Origin: Raillietiella orientalis
Taxonomy: Eukaryota
Length of the DNA: 20,000 nt
Assembly: GCA_036172245.1 (NCBI GenBank)
Contig: JAYWIR010000052.1
Span: 986,820 to 1,006,819 of the forward strand
Reading direction: 5' to 3'
Part shown: positions 9,930 through 20,000 of the stretch, one piece after another
How the letters are laid out: every line of letters begins with the position of its first letter
Numbering within the stretch: the stretch's first letter is position 1
Notes under the pieces: model-generated
What the model was told of the DNA's origin: nothing
The model's database searches: none
Seen by the model: the letters and a program-made list of their open reading frames with translations, nothing else
Translations under genes and position numbers: made by a program

Positions 9930-10800
9930 GACAGGAAGTGATTCCGGTATGCTGGCAAAATTGGATCCTTGTCGACGCACCTCGCGCGCGTGCTTTCCGC
10001 GTATCCCAGCAACAACCAATCGGGGGACCTCGTCGCGAGCATTGTTGCGCGCGCCACGCGATCCGATTGTTGCTGATCCGACCGCCGATCGATGACGTCA
10101 TGCCGCTCAGTGCACGGGGAAAAAGGGAAGAAACTCTAACGGAGCGATCCAAACCGTCGTCGGCCGGTCACGCCTTCCCATTCCGAGTCCCTTCCCGGGA
10201 GCGTCGGCGCGACCGGCGGGATTTCGAGCTTTTTCCCGTCAGCCGTGAGGACGGTTTGCAGGGACCCCGAGAAGAGAGGAACGGCACTCCGTCCGCTGAT
10301 GCGGCACAGCAGTTTGCCATTACGAAAACACGAATTAACAAGGCAGAAACATGACGTAATGGACCGAGAAACGCACTTCGCAAAGAGAAGGGGATTTTTT
10401 TTTTCTATAAGAAGAAGAAGAAGGAGGAGGAGGAGACGGCGGCGGCGGCATTCCTCTGACTTATCTCTGAAGGTTGCAAAGTCTTCGCGACGAGAATTCC
10501 GAACCTCGGAGGAAGTCGCAACAGTGAAAACTCACCTCTCTGAGGTCCGCATGGATGGAAGGAATTTTCTTCCCTTTTCAACACGCGAGCCTTGGAAGGT
10601 GCGCAACCTTTGAACTGCTCGCATCGGGGAGGATGACGATGCCCCAGCGCGCTGATTTGCGATTCCCCACGATATTCGGGACCCAGGATTTCCAGCCGGC
10701 CATCGGCAGCAGCTTCATCCTGGCTCTGCCGCGTGCTCGTGTCCGAAAAAGGAGCATAGGGCGTTTCTTACTTTTCAGTGAGCCTCATGAGTAACCACGG
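9930..10800 (+). mobile_element. Possible degenerate RT/thumb fragment of an RTE- or CR1-like non-LTR element
   Basis: Weak but ordered motifs: LLLIRPPIDDVMPL (xADD), SREDGLQ (GLxIN), THFAKRRGFF (FxYLG), DG...HSSDLSLKVAKSSRREF (DG..DIxxRIAKAxxAF), LPFSTREPW (LLYGxExW) and DLRFPTIFG (LRxIxG). Confidence 0.35.
10410..10448 (+). repeat. Compound trinucleotide microsatellite (AGA)4(AGG)4 AGA (CGG)4
   Basis: Read directly from the sequence. Confidence 0.9.
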
Positions 10801-12289
10801 TGTGCAGTGAATTATTGGTTCCGTGAGACGCCTCCTAAGCTTCTTCACAAAACGCTATTCCTTCCCTGTTCACAGAGATTCGAGGACCCTGGATCCTGTG
10901 GGGAGAAAAAAAAAAGGAATAAGGAAAGAAAGAGAGGTTACTTTCTCCTCCAGGTTTGTCAGATCGATAAGTTGTTCATTCTGTCCTCAAAAACACTCCG
11001 CTGGCTACGAACAACAGTTGATAATGAAATCCCATAGCGTGCGATCCCATATCAGTGAAGAAAAGTGACACAGTGCGTGTGATTGAAATGACCGATTTGG
11101 ACAAGAAAACTCCTTCCCTGGCAGCTGCAATCTTCGTTTCGATACGGTTTTCTATGAGGTGTGTGATCTCTGTCTATTAGGTAGAGGTATGTTTCTTTTT
11201 TTCCCTTCTCTCTGTCTGCCTGTCTGTCTCTCTCTTTTTTCTTTATTTCTCGACGGTCTGTTTTTCTCATTTGTTTAGTCAATACGAGTGATGTCGTACG
11301 AACTTTTCACATGCATCATTTTTCAAGATTGCGAGTGTCGGACTCCGTGTTTTCGAAGAACACGATTCAAAGAGGGGGGAAGAAGGGGGAAGGAAAAAAA
11401 GCCAAAAATGCAAATTGAGGGGCGACCATTATTAATGATAAGCAGGTTGCTGTTGTCTATTTGTGCCGGCTTTTCTGAAACAAATGAATTTTTATTTTCA
11501 CTGCTCCAGTCGTCCTTACGGAGTGAATTAAGCAGCGGACTGATTAAGCGAGATGTAAAAGAAAAGGAACAAAAGAATGACTTTAGCAGGAAGTAAAGAG
11601 TCCATACTTTTCCTTACGGGTAAATCGGATTGGCAGTCAAAGACGTAACCTTGAGCCGTGTTCAGTTTGCTTCTGAGTAAAGAAAGAGCTCCAGATCATA
11701 GCACCAGGGAGCCGGTGAATTGTAGAGTGCTGAGGTGTTCAGTACGAAGATCCTCTGATTGAAGAAAAAAAAAAAAATGGACCTTAAGAGAGAAAACCAT
11801 CAGTAACTGCATCTTTGGCGGCAATCAATAAGTAAGATTAACGAGGAAACCATGCAACTCTTACTTGGTAGGGAAGGATTGGGAGGAACATGTCTCTCCC
11901 TCTTGGAAGCATCTCCAAGTGCTTTCCGCAAGTGCAAATTTTTTCCTTCCTGAATGCACCAAATGGTCGATTTCTACACAGTACTCTGTACCGGCTCAAC
12001 ATGGAGCGTCCCTGTAGAAAGAACTCCAACTTAATTTGGCAGTCGTGCAGATTCGAGTGTATTGACATGGGGATGTATCAAAAAAACACGCAACACAAGG
12101 AAGTGTGCTTTAAAAATCCCTGTCCATCCGGCAAAGGTACTGATTCCCAGTAAGAATTCTACATGGGAAAGTGTACAAAATATTTCTAACGAACCACAAT
12201 CACTGAACGAGGGTCATTTCAGAAGTGAGGGCGGATCGGATATAAAGAAAGAACGAACAAGAGAAACAAGAATAAACACTTACATCCCC

Positions 12290-12800
12290 ACGTCATTTTT
12301 CTACGTAGTCGCCATTTTTTTCCTTTTGATACCGCGGAAGAAGCTTTTTGAAACCGTCTGCATGGAATTCCGCCGCCTGGGAGGTCAGCCAGTTCAGCAG
12401 CCCTGCAGTTTTCCACTCCTCACCTTCCCCCTCGAATCGTCGAGCCACTTCTTGAGGTGCAGGAGGACGTGGTAGTCACTGGACGCGAGGTCAGGACTGC
12501 AAGGTGGCTGATCGAAAAGTGTCCTAAAAAGCACGTGCAGATGTCAATCTCCGGTTTTGCTCTGAGCATCTGTCCACTTTCTCGGGACCCATCGTGCACA
12601 CGGTTTACGGTAGCCTGGCGTGTCGGTGACACCTCCGAACACCGTCGTCTTTGAAACTTCTGGAAACTCTACGGAGAGATCTCCACGAATCGCGCGAAGC
12701 GACGATCTTCTCTCACCTTCGCGTTCACACGCTCAACGGTCCGGCCTGCCACTCCTTTCTTCATGGTGAACATATTTGGAACGGCCTTCCCTAAACTCAC
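12290..12800 (+). mobile_element. Possible degenerate L1/Tx1 ORF1 (gag-like) relic with decayed CCHC knuckle
   Basis: IPRKKLFETVCMEF... and EDVVVTGREVRT...KKHVQMSISG resemble ORF1 RRM-like segments. Positions 12747-12791 encode CHSFLHGEHIWNGLP, which has exact Cx2Cx4Hx4C spacing. The second Cys is TTT (one change from TGT) and the last is Leu. Confidence 0.4.
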
Positions 12801-13649
12801 GACCCCATCGCCTTGCTCTCCCTTCACCACTCCTCACCACTGCAGGCCCATCGATTCGCGGTGAATCTCAGCAGCGTCTCACGTCCGTTTGCATTAAGAG
12901 ATGGAATCACCGACCGGACTTCACAACAGGCGGGATTCTTCATTCTCGCACCCCCCGTAGCCCACTGCCAGGCGAAAGCAGACGACGAGAGGCTGCTGAA
13001 AATGCGAATCACACTCCCAACGGACGACCAGTCCAAGCTGCTGCACTCTTGCATCCTCGTTTCTCCCTCATTCGTTCTTTCCTCCCATCCGGTCGGCCTT
13101 TAGTTTCGAAACGCGCCTCGTAAGTTGAGGCGCGTGGGCTTCCATCAGCATCACGACGACCGAATGCTCGAATTTCAGAAACTTGCAGGAATCGTCCGGA
13201 TGCAGAAGTTTCAGCAAGATACAAGGATCTTTCGGATCTTTCAAGAAAGCTGAGATGCCTGCTACTTTGTATTCATCGCCGTACAACTGCTGCTGCTGCT
13301 GCCTGCCTTTTAGTCTCCAGGAACAGGAAACTATAAGACGTACGGAAACTCGTTTCGACTTTCTTCCACATGAACCCTGGGACTTGCATTTTCGGGAATC
13401 CCGAGCTCCCAGAAAAGACTTTTAGGATTCCTTTTTTCTTCTTCTTCTTTTTCTTCGGATGCAGAAAAGATCACTTGATGCATGAGGAAACACGTCAAAG
13501 AGAGAGACGAAGAAACGAGATGAGAAGAATGAAATGATCGTAACGGCCCTTCAGAAAAGCAGCGCAGATGCCGATTTAAGGGGACACTGAAAAGAACACA
13601 CACTCGGATACGAAGCTCAATTTCCGAAAAAAAAAGCGCAGCAAAATGA

Positions 13650-15430
13650 AAACGATTTAACTTTCCGATGTACTGGGAGTTCCCGCTGAAATGAGCCGCC
13701 TTTATTCGTGCTGTCTGCTGTCAGGAACTATGAAACCAATCAGCGAAGCGAATGTAACTAATCAGGGAGACGTCGTGCGAGAATCTCGCCGCCGCGCGAT
13801 GCGTGGAGCCGGAACGTGGAGCATCCCGGGGATAAGTAAGTTATTATCGTTCGGCCTCAGCGGGATGGCACTCCCGCCTACCAACTCCAACAAGTTTCGG
13901 TGAGGAATTAGCTCATGTGCCATTCAATGTAATGAGCTGCAGGGAGGGGAAGGAATGAAATTAAGTGCTGCCGAAACGGTCGCGTCAGCCACGAGAAAGA
14001 GCCCCGGGAGCTTGCGGCGTCGAACCAGTCCATCCTGGGAACAGATTCCTAGCAGGGGCCCAGATTTGCAGCTCCGAGGGGAAGGGAGCGGTCATCGCCC
14101 CAGAGGCGGTGCGCCGGGCGGCAACGCTGGGGGACACGAGGCTCAGGACATCGCTTCGTTTCGCCTCGAAGGGAGTCGCGGCCGTGAATGGCCGAGGAGG
14201 CTGAAGATTCCCGACTGATCCCCACTTGAGAAGGACGATGAGTCCTTTCCGCGAAATCCGTACGGATGAAGAGTTGCGCCAAGCGGCCATGCTGGTCAGT
14301 TGGCGAAGAGTGTTATCAGGCAGGAAACACCTCCGCCAGCAAGGTGCGTTACCTTCCCACTGCCCATCGAGGACTGTCCACCGCGGCCGCTCGTGTCCCG
14401 CAGGGTCTCTATGAAAGGTTGGTCCACCGGAGCCAAAGGCCTGATGCCCGCCATGTCGTACCAAGCCGGGCGACGGAAAGTTGTCCTGGCCGAGGATGCA
14501 AACCCTCGTGAAGACAATGAAACTGGAGATCGTCCCGAGAAGTCGGGAACTCTGGGAAAAGGAGCCCACCAAGGTGATCCCGTTGTTCAGAGTTCCTTGG
14601 GGAACGCAAGCCTGGCTCCGCAAACATAGCAACGGGGGACTGCAGGAGACTGTCCACCAGCGGAGTCATCCAGGCGGTGCGAGTCCACGCGTGCAAGAGA
14701 TCCGCGCAAGGGTAGGTAACCCACGGGACCGCGAGCTCCGGCCAAGTCCACGGCACGCAGTGGTCCAGGGTGAACTCCCGAGCTGGCAACCTGCAGACAG
14801 TCGAAGTCACCGCTGCGGAAGCGCTGAGCAGGACGCGGGGCAGGTTCGGCGAACCGGCAGTTGGTCCGCAGGCCAATAACAATGCCCTTTGGAGGTCCTT
14901 TCTACCACCGGACGTTCGGGATTGCCTCCCGATGTTTCATCATGGAGGCATCCTACGCGGTACGAGAGACTACGACGCTGGGCCGGCAACCCCGACGGCC
15001 ACCAGTATCCCGCGTGCTGGTCCCGACCTATACATGTCCACGCCTGTCGAATCCTCGTCCAGGATTGGAGAGTGCTGAGCCAGACGACCGGCTTGGACGA
15101 CACGCCCAAACTGGGGATCTTGCGAGGGCTGTTGGAAGGAGAAGACGGTGCGTCCTGCTGCAACCCCCACCATGCGGGTGCTCGTCGTGTTCTTCCTGAG
15201 GAGCGTCCTCGTCAGGAGGACGGAGCCGACGAGGGGGACATACGATCGACGCCCGGGACATCCCGAAAGGACTCCTGGAGAGAGAGGTCAACATGCGCGC
15301 GTGTGCGGCAAAGCACCATCCTGGACTCTCCTGCGCTGCTTGAGGATAGTGAAGTGCGCGGCCAGGACGGTGGTGCAGTGATTTACCCGCGCGATGACCT
15401 TGCAAGAGACCCTCGGTCGCCATAGTAATC
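13650..15430 (+). mobile_element. Degenerate L1/Tx1-like ORF2 fragment (RT core to C-terminal zinc finger); a different subfamily from copies A-D
   Basis: Ordered motifs: PPLFVLS (SPLLF), LLSFGLSG...TNSNKF (FxxxSG..NxxK), CSSEGKGAVI (LSxxGK), LVSWRRVLSGRKHLRQQGAL (VSW...GGL), and ALWRSFLPPDVRDCLPMFHHGGILRG...ESSSRIGEC*ARRPAW (zf-RVT/CCHC region). Confidence 0.65.
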
Positions 15431-15559
15431 GCCTTGCATTATTATGACTGCTTAATAAATTCATCCCACCGGGAAGGACTGGAGAGAAGAGGATTGTCAA
15501 ACGAAATTTCATTTTCCTGTCGAAAGGTGCATCTCATGTCGTTTCTCCAAGACGTCATC

Positions 15560-15900
15560 TCAAGTTTCAAACATGGTCCGAGGAGGACGTGGAAGGCAAA
15601 CCGATTCCATGGCCTGAGAAGACACGTGCAGATTTTGATGTCCACTTGCCTTCGACTGGCAGCTCGGCTGGCACTGTGAAACGTCAAACTTCTCTTTGAT
15701 TTCCCGAGATTCAGAGATCGCTCGACCCGGACTGACGGTTCCGGTCGACCCTGATCGACTTTCCGGAAGACCTGCCTGGGGGTACAGGAGGCATTTCCCG
15801 TGAAATTCGAACGGAGCCTCAAAGCAGGACCAAACGGGATAGATGGATTCTACATGCTTCGAAGCTTTTGTCACGTCGAAAACGTGGAACGAGTACACTG
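15560..15900 (-). mobile_element. Possible short degenerate RT fragment
   Basis: FHVFDVTKASKHVESIYPVWSCFEAPFEFHGK resembles LDxxKAFDxVxxxYLWxxLxxFGF. It is followed by a frameshifted SIRVD/GTVS segment resembling VRVNGxxS. Confidence 0.35.
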
Positions 15901-15989
15901 CTTGACCCGTGACGAAACGCGTCTAAAGCTGCGCAGGAGATGAGAACTCACACTGGTCCAAGAAACGTCGATCTCACCCACCTCGTGAG

Positions 15990-16380
15990 TCGACTAGGTT
16001 ACGAGGACAGCAGGTTCCACAAAAGTTTCGCCCCAAGGCGTGATCGAATTTCGCCGACAGACTTCAATACTTTTCTTTGCGAAACTTACGACTTACAAGA
16101 GTTGACCACGCTGACCTGTCAAGTCCGCTTACCTAAGACGTATTTCGTTAAATAATACCAGCCTGCAAGGTAGGCAAGGAACGGCACTCCTTGTTAGCGA
16201 TGATGTGGTAGTCACGGAAGGGGCAAAAGAAGTAGGAGGAAAGCATGGGGAGCTGGGAGAGCAGCAGACAGCCATCAAAGGATCGCGCTCTCGAAGATTC
16301 CTCTTTGTGAATTTATCGGAAAGCAAAGGTTTCGCAAAATTCTGCCAACCGCGAATTTGAGGCTTGAAAACGTGTTGTTG
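15990..16380 (+). mobile_element. Degenerate N-terminal ORF1 relic of an L1/Tx1-like element
   Basis: KSFAPRRDRISPTDFNTFLCETYDLQELTTLTCQVRLPKTYFVK, then GKHGELGEQQTAIKGSRSRRFLFVNL. This resembles, from memory, the ORF1 N-terminus of arthropod L1/Tx1 elements (SFxPxxxRIxxxxxHxW...QxxxxxxxVYIK...GE...RRVRxxNLP). It is interrupted by stops. Confidence 0.5.
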
Positions 16381-17078
16381 GTCCAGAAATCGGAGAAGTA
16401 TTAGTCAAAATCGAAGCGTCTATCGTTTATTGATCAGCTGGATATACCGAGGGAACAACAAGGGAACTGTTTTGCATGCAGAATTCAAGAGAAAACCGTA
16501 AAAAACAAAAACGCAGAGAAAAAGGAACAGCTGATCGAAACTCCTGGGAGGTTTCCAATCATATCGAATACACTTTCGGACATTTGTGGCTGTCTTTTCT
16601 TCATTGATTTTTCTTTTCTTCTTACACCTACGATAAGAGCGCGTTTCCAGCTTTGATTTTAATAGAAGATAGCAGCAGCGAGGGGAATGGAGGCACGCAG
16701 GCTGGAATGAGGGGAGCAAACAACTTCAGCTTCCGTTCAACCACCAACAAACTCAACAACAACAACAAAAAACAAAGCGCACGGACAGCAATTCGGTTTG
16801 TTTTCTTGGAAAAACTACCGCAGGCCATGCAAAACGCTGGCGACATGAGGAGGCATTATGCGGGAAATATGCTGTCCACGAGAGGGACAAAATGTATCTT
16901 CAGCGTTATAGCATGTGACAATATACTTATTATTTTATCTCGAAACAAAAAGAAACATTGCATATATCACAGTAGAAAAACGCTTTTTCGAGTTGGACTT
17001 GACATTCACTCAATTTAAACAGCCCCATGGTTTTGCGCGCTATCGTTCTCGCTGTTGAAAACGTACCTTCTTGCGCTG

Positions 17079-17314
17079 CTTCATCCGGCTGCCAGAGATG
17101 GTCTTCGGCAGCCGGATGTGACGAAAAAGCAAAAGACGCTGCTGAACACTGTTACGTCGCGTTGCGCCTCCCCGTCTTCATCCGGCTGCCAGAGATGGTC
17201 TTCGGCAGCCGGATGTGACGAAAAAGCAAAAGACGCTGCTGAACACTGTTACGTCGCGTTGCGCCTCCCCGTCGTCATCCGGCTGCCAGAGATGGTCTTC
17301 GGCAGCCGGATGTG
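17079..17314. repeat. 97-bp tandem repeat (about 2.4 copies) containing three identical 37-nt hairpins
   Basis: CATCCGGCTGCC-AGAGATGGTCTTC-GGCAGCCGGATG occurs at 17082-17118, 17179-17215 and 17276-17312. The two 60-nt intervals differ only at 17177(T)/17274(G). Confidence 0.97.
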
Positions 17315-17610
17315 CTGGAGCTGGCAAGTTTAGCGGAACGCAGAGTGGGACTCTGGGAACCTCCGATGCAGCTTCGCCGGAAATCTCAAGTGCGCCTGGA
17401 TTAGAGGGAAACGCCGGGACTTGGAAAGGAATTTCGACGAGCGACTTCGAATTAGCATTCGAGCTTCTTCGCTTCGTTCCTGGCATCCGGTCACCGCGTC
17501 CTGATGAATGCGGCAACAGCGGTTTTCCACTTGGGGTCTCCGGTTTGTTTTCTTTGATGGGAAACAAAATTCTCCGGGGTACCATAACTAAGTAGCAACC
17601 CATGTGTGTA

Positions 17611-17612
<2 letters not shown>

Positions 17613-17651
<39 letters not shown>

Positions 17652-17654
17652 AAA
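17613..17654. repeat. Homopolymer tract T32 followed by A10
   Basis: Read directly from the sequence. Confidence 0.95.
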
Positions 17655-18199
17655 TCTTGTTGTACATCGTTTGATTACGTATTCATGTGCATGTGTGAGT
17701 TATTTTCCTACACGTTTGCATGCTCATCTGTATGTCTTACTGTTTCGTATACTTCAGCCTCTGAACAGAGTCCGTTGTATAAGTCTGAGCGCATTATTGA
17801 CTTGAGCTACGAGTGGATATCGTACATATGCTTATCGCCGATATCGGGTCCATAAAACCATAAGAGAAATAACAGCTGAATCCCTGAACAAACGATCCCA
17901 AATGTACTAAACAGCATTTATAGCATTCGCAGATTAGTTTTCAGGAAACGTGGATGACTGATTATCCTCGTGAGTTCGGACTAGCTGCAAACTTTCATAA
18001 GGATGTCCATAACATGTGCTCACCTCCTCAATATCAGCATCATGAATAACAAGCTTGAAGTAACTGTGAATTGATTGTTTTCCATAGAGCTGACTGAAAT
18101 GTCGGCACAATAGAGTTCTACTTTCCATTTAGAAGCTTATTTACACACAATATCTTATAGCAATACGTAACACTTCGGTAGCCGCTGTTCAATTTACGT

Positions 18200-18646
18200 A
18201 TTGCTTGTACAAGTGGACCGCGTGACGGAGAGGCCGGACCAGTCGGAATGCCATTCACTGGGCAGCCATCTCCTTAGAGAAGGCCTGCTGTTGGCGCCTA
18301 CATCGTCAACATTTACCGACACTGGTTTGCATCCGGAACCGGATGCAGAGGTCTCCTCACGGCGTACCGTGATCCCCTCCTCTCTCCCCCCAGCCCAGAG
18401 AACATTGCCCCCCAGGCGTTTTCTTTTTTTTGTTTTAATTTTGTTTTTCTCGCCCCTGCATCTGTGCAAATTACCTTATAAGGCTGCGAATCGGTAAGAA
18501 AAAGTGCCATAAGTACGACAAACACAAGTATGCTGAGGAAAAAGACAAACATTATGAACGAAAGACTTTATTGTTGAATTTTTTTCCTTCTCATGATTGT
18601 GAAAGAATTTTAATAATAAAAACCCCGGCTCACCCGGTTGAAAAAC
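18200..18646 (+). mobile_element. Short 3' end of the same L1/Tx1-like family; copy D
   Basis: DNA similarity to copies A-C: GGAGAGGCCGGACC...CCATTCACTGGGCAGCC, then GCATCCGGAACCGGATGCAGAGG...GTGATCCCCTCC (HPxxDxE). A T-rich tract, AATAAA (18615-18620) and CCCGG-CTCAC-CCGGT-TG follow. Confidence 0.7.
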
Positions 18647-18699
18647 CTGAAGATTACCTGCCACCGAAGTACTTGAAGTACCTCACCATGGGAATCCTT

Positions 18700-20000
18700 A
18701 AAAGGACTTAGTCCTGCTGTTCTGTCCACGCCGCTCCAACTGGCATTACGGACGTCTGAGACCGCAAGAGCTCCCTCCCCCACCCAAACATCTGAACCTC
18801 TGCCGGCGCACGCACCAGAATTTCATCTACGCACCAAGCCCTTTCGTTTTTCGAGCTGTAATCAGGTGAAAGCGTAGAACAGTTTTGCCTCCATGCTTCG
18901 CCCGAAAACAGCATATGTCTGTTCCGGTTTGATGAAGTCGTTTGCAACACGTCCCTGGCGCTTTGCCTAAACTTTTGCTGGCAACCTGGTGTCCGCATAC
19001 ACTATTGTGATGGGCCGCCAGTTGTTCATGCTCGTTACATCTTCTTCCTTAAGAAGGAGCCGCATCCTTGCCGAACGAAACGATGTTGGAATGCCACTGT
19101 CTCGTGTATCAGCAAGGTGAGTTGATGTACCGGGGTGGTAAGCTGAGCCGCGAAACTTTGATGGAACTCCGCGGACAGGCCATCCTTTTCTGGAACCTTG
19201 CATTTCTTACGCTTTTCCATGACCAAGAATATCGCTTCTATCCTGAAGGGCTCTTCGAGGAAATTTTTTTCCTCTTCCCTGATCGCTGGAGCGCGTTCTG
19301 GGCTCAGGCCACTAGGGAGACGTTCTTGCGTACAGGGAGTTATAGAAACACCGCAGGAGGCCGCGGATTTGAGCGGTTGACGAGTACTGTTGTCCCTGTT
19401 CCTCCAGCAAGGTGGCTGATCTGGACTGCCAGGTTTTCCTCTCGGCTCCCGCTTTGTATTCCGGTAGCCTGCGGATGTCGGCGGTCCTGGCGTAAGGTCA
19501 GGCCTGTAGATACGACCTTTCGTATCTACAGGCCGTATGTATCCGTTTCCGGAGGGGGCAGTTTTCAAACTTCTATGGGTTGAGGAGAGCAGGTCATCTC
19601 CCCTTCACCAATCGCCATTGCGGTGTCCTCAGTTATTTCTGCATTTAAAGACTGGCGATGCCACACATAACGCGAACTTAACAACTGCATTTCTCTGACC
19701 AGTCCGCGGGGCGATGCGAAAGCACGTTCACCCGCTATAAGTACGCTGAGCAGAGTAAGCCCTGAAAATGCCTGGTACGGGGATTGGGATTTACCCCCAC
19801 ATGATCGTTGATTGTCCTGCACTTAAACACTTTTGGGAATGACTCTTGAGATCCCGGTTGACAGCCTTCCGAGAGTCATTTTTCGGCTCTTCTTCGTGCA
19901 AGATGCCCTGCAGCCAACCTTTGCTGTAGGAGCGCTTTGCTGCTTCCCCGGTATTGTTGCTGCGTGGTGATGATGAGACGAAGAAAATGACTACGACAGC
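18700..20000 (-). mobile_element. Degenerate L1/Tx1-like ORF2 (end of endonuclease, linker and N-terminal half of RT); continues beyond the window
   Basis: This is the best-preserved RT segment: IREEEKNFLEEPFRIEAIFLVMEKRKKCKVPEKDGLSAEFHQSF (KxPGxDGLxxEF), then SFRSARMRLLLKEEDVTSMNNWRPITIVYADTRLPAKV*AKR...IKPEQTYAVFGRSM (NWRPIxL...Q...GR), then QMFGWG. Upstream are EN-like ILHEEEPKMT...ISRV and FSGLTLLSV. It carries frameshifts and an in-frame TAG at 18967-18969. Confidence 0.9.

Noticed and set aside
10245..10613. Poly-arginine protein gene
   Set aside because: The Arg run is a compound microsatellite, and the ORF has a non-ATG start and no other support.
17079..17314. CRISPR array (palindromic 37-nt repeat x3) or bacterial REP/BIME-like element (GCCGGATG...CATCCGGC)
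   Set aside because: The spacers are 60 nt and essentially identical, there are no cas genes and the context is eukaryotic. The REP resemblance is limited to about 8 nt and lacks the GTAG end.
18328..18348. Conserved ATCC-N6-GGAT hairpin in all four family copies
   Set aside because: It is adequately explained by the conserved (H/Y)PxxD codons. Its similarity to the 17082 hairpin arms is too short to be meaningful.

Overview
This looks like eukaryotic, probably invertebrate, repeat-rich DNA. I found no intact host gene, RNA gene or CRISPR array, and most computed ORFs are spurious GC-rich frames. Reading across frameshifts, the window is a dense cluster of about 14 heavily decayed non-LTR retrotransposon fragments. 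Most are L1/Tx1-like: ORF1 relics, an APE endonuclease, several RT segments and C-terminal CCHC/zf-RVT ends. One may be RTE-like. About 11 of the 14 lie on the + strand. Four copies of one family's 3' end share a structured 3' UTR with no poly(A) tail: a stem-loop with a compensatory change (three copies), then an AATAAA-like signal, a terminal 5-nt-loop hairpin and TG-N2/3-AAC. A young, near-perfect 97-bp tandem repeat built around a 37-nt hairpin sits at 17079-17314. Protein assignments come from motif recognition by eye, not database searches, and boundaries are approximate.
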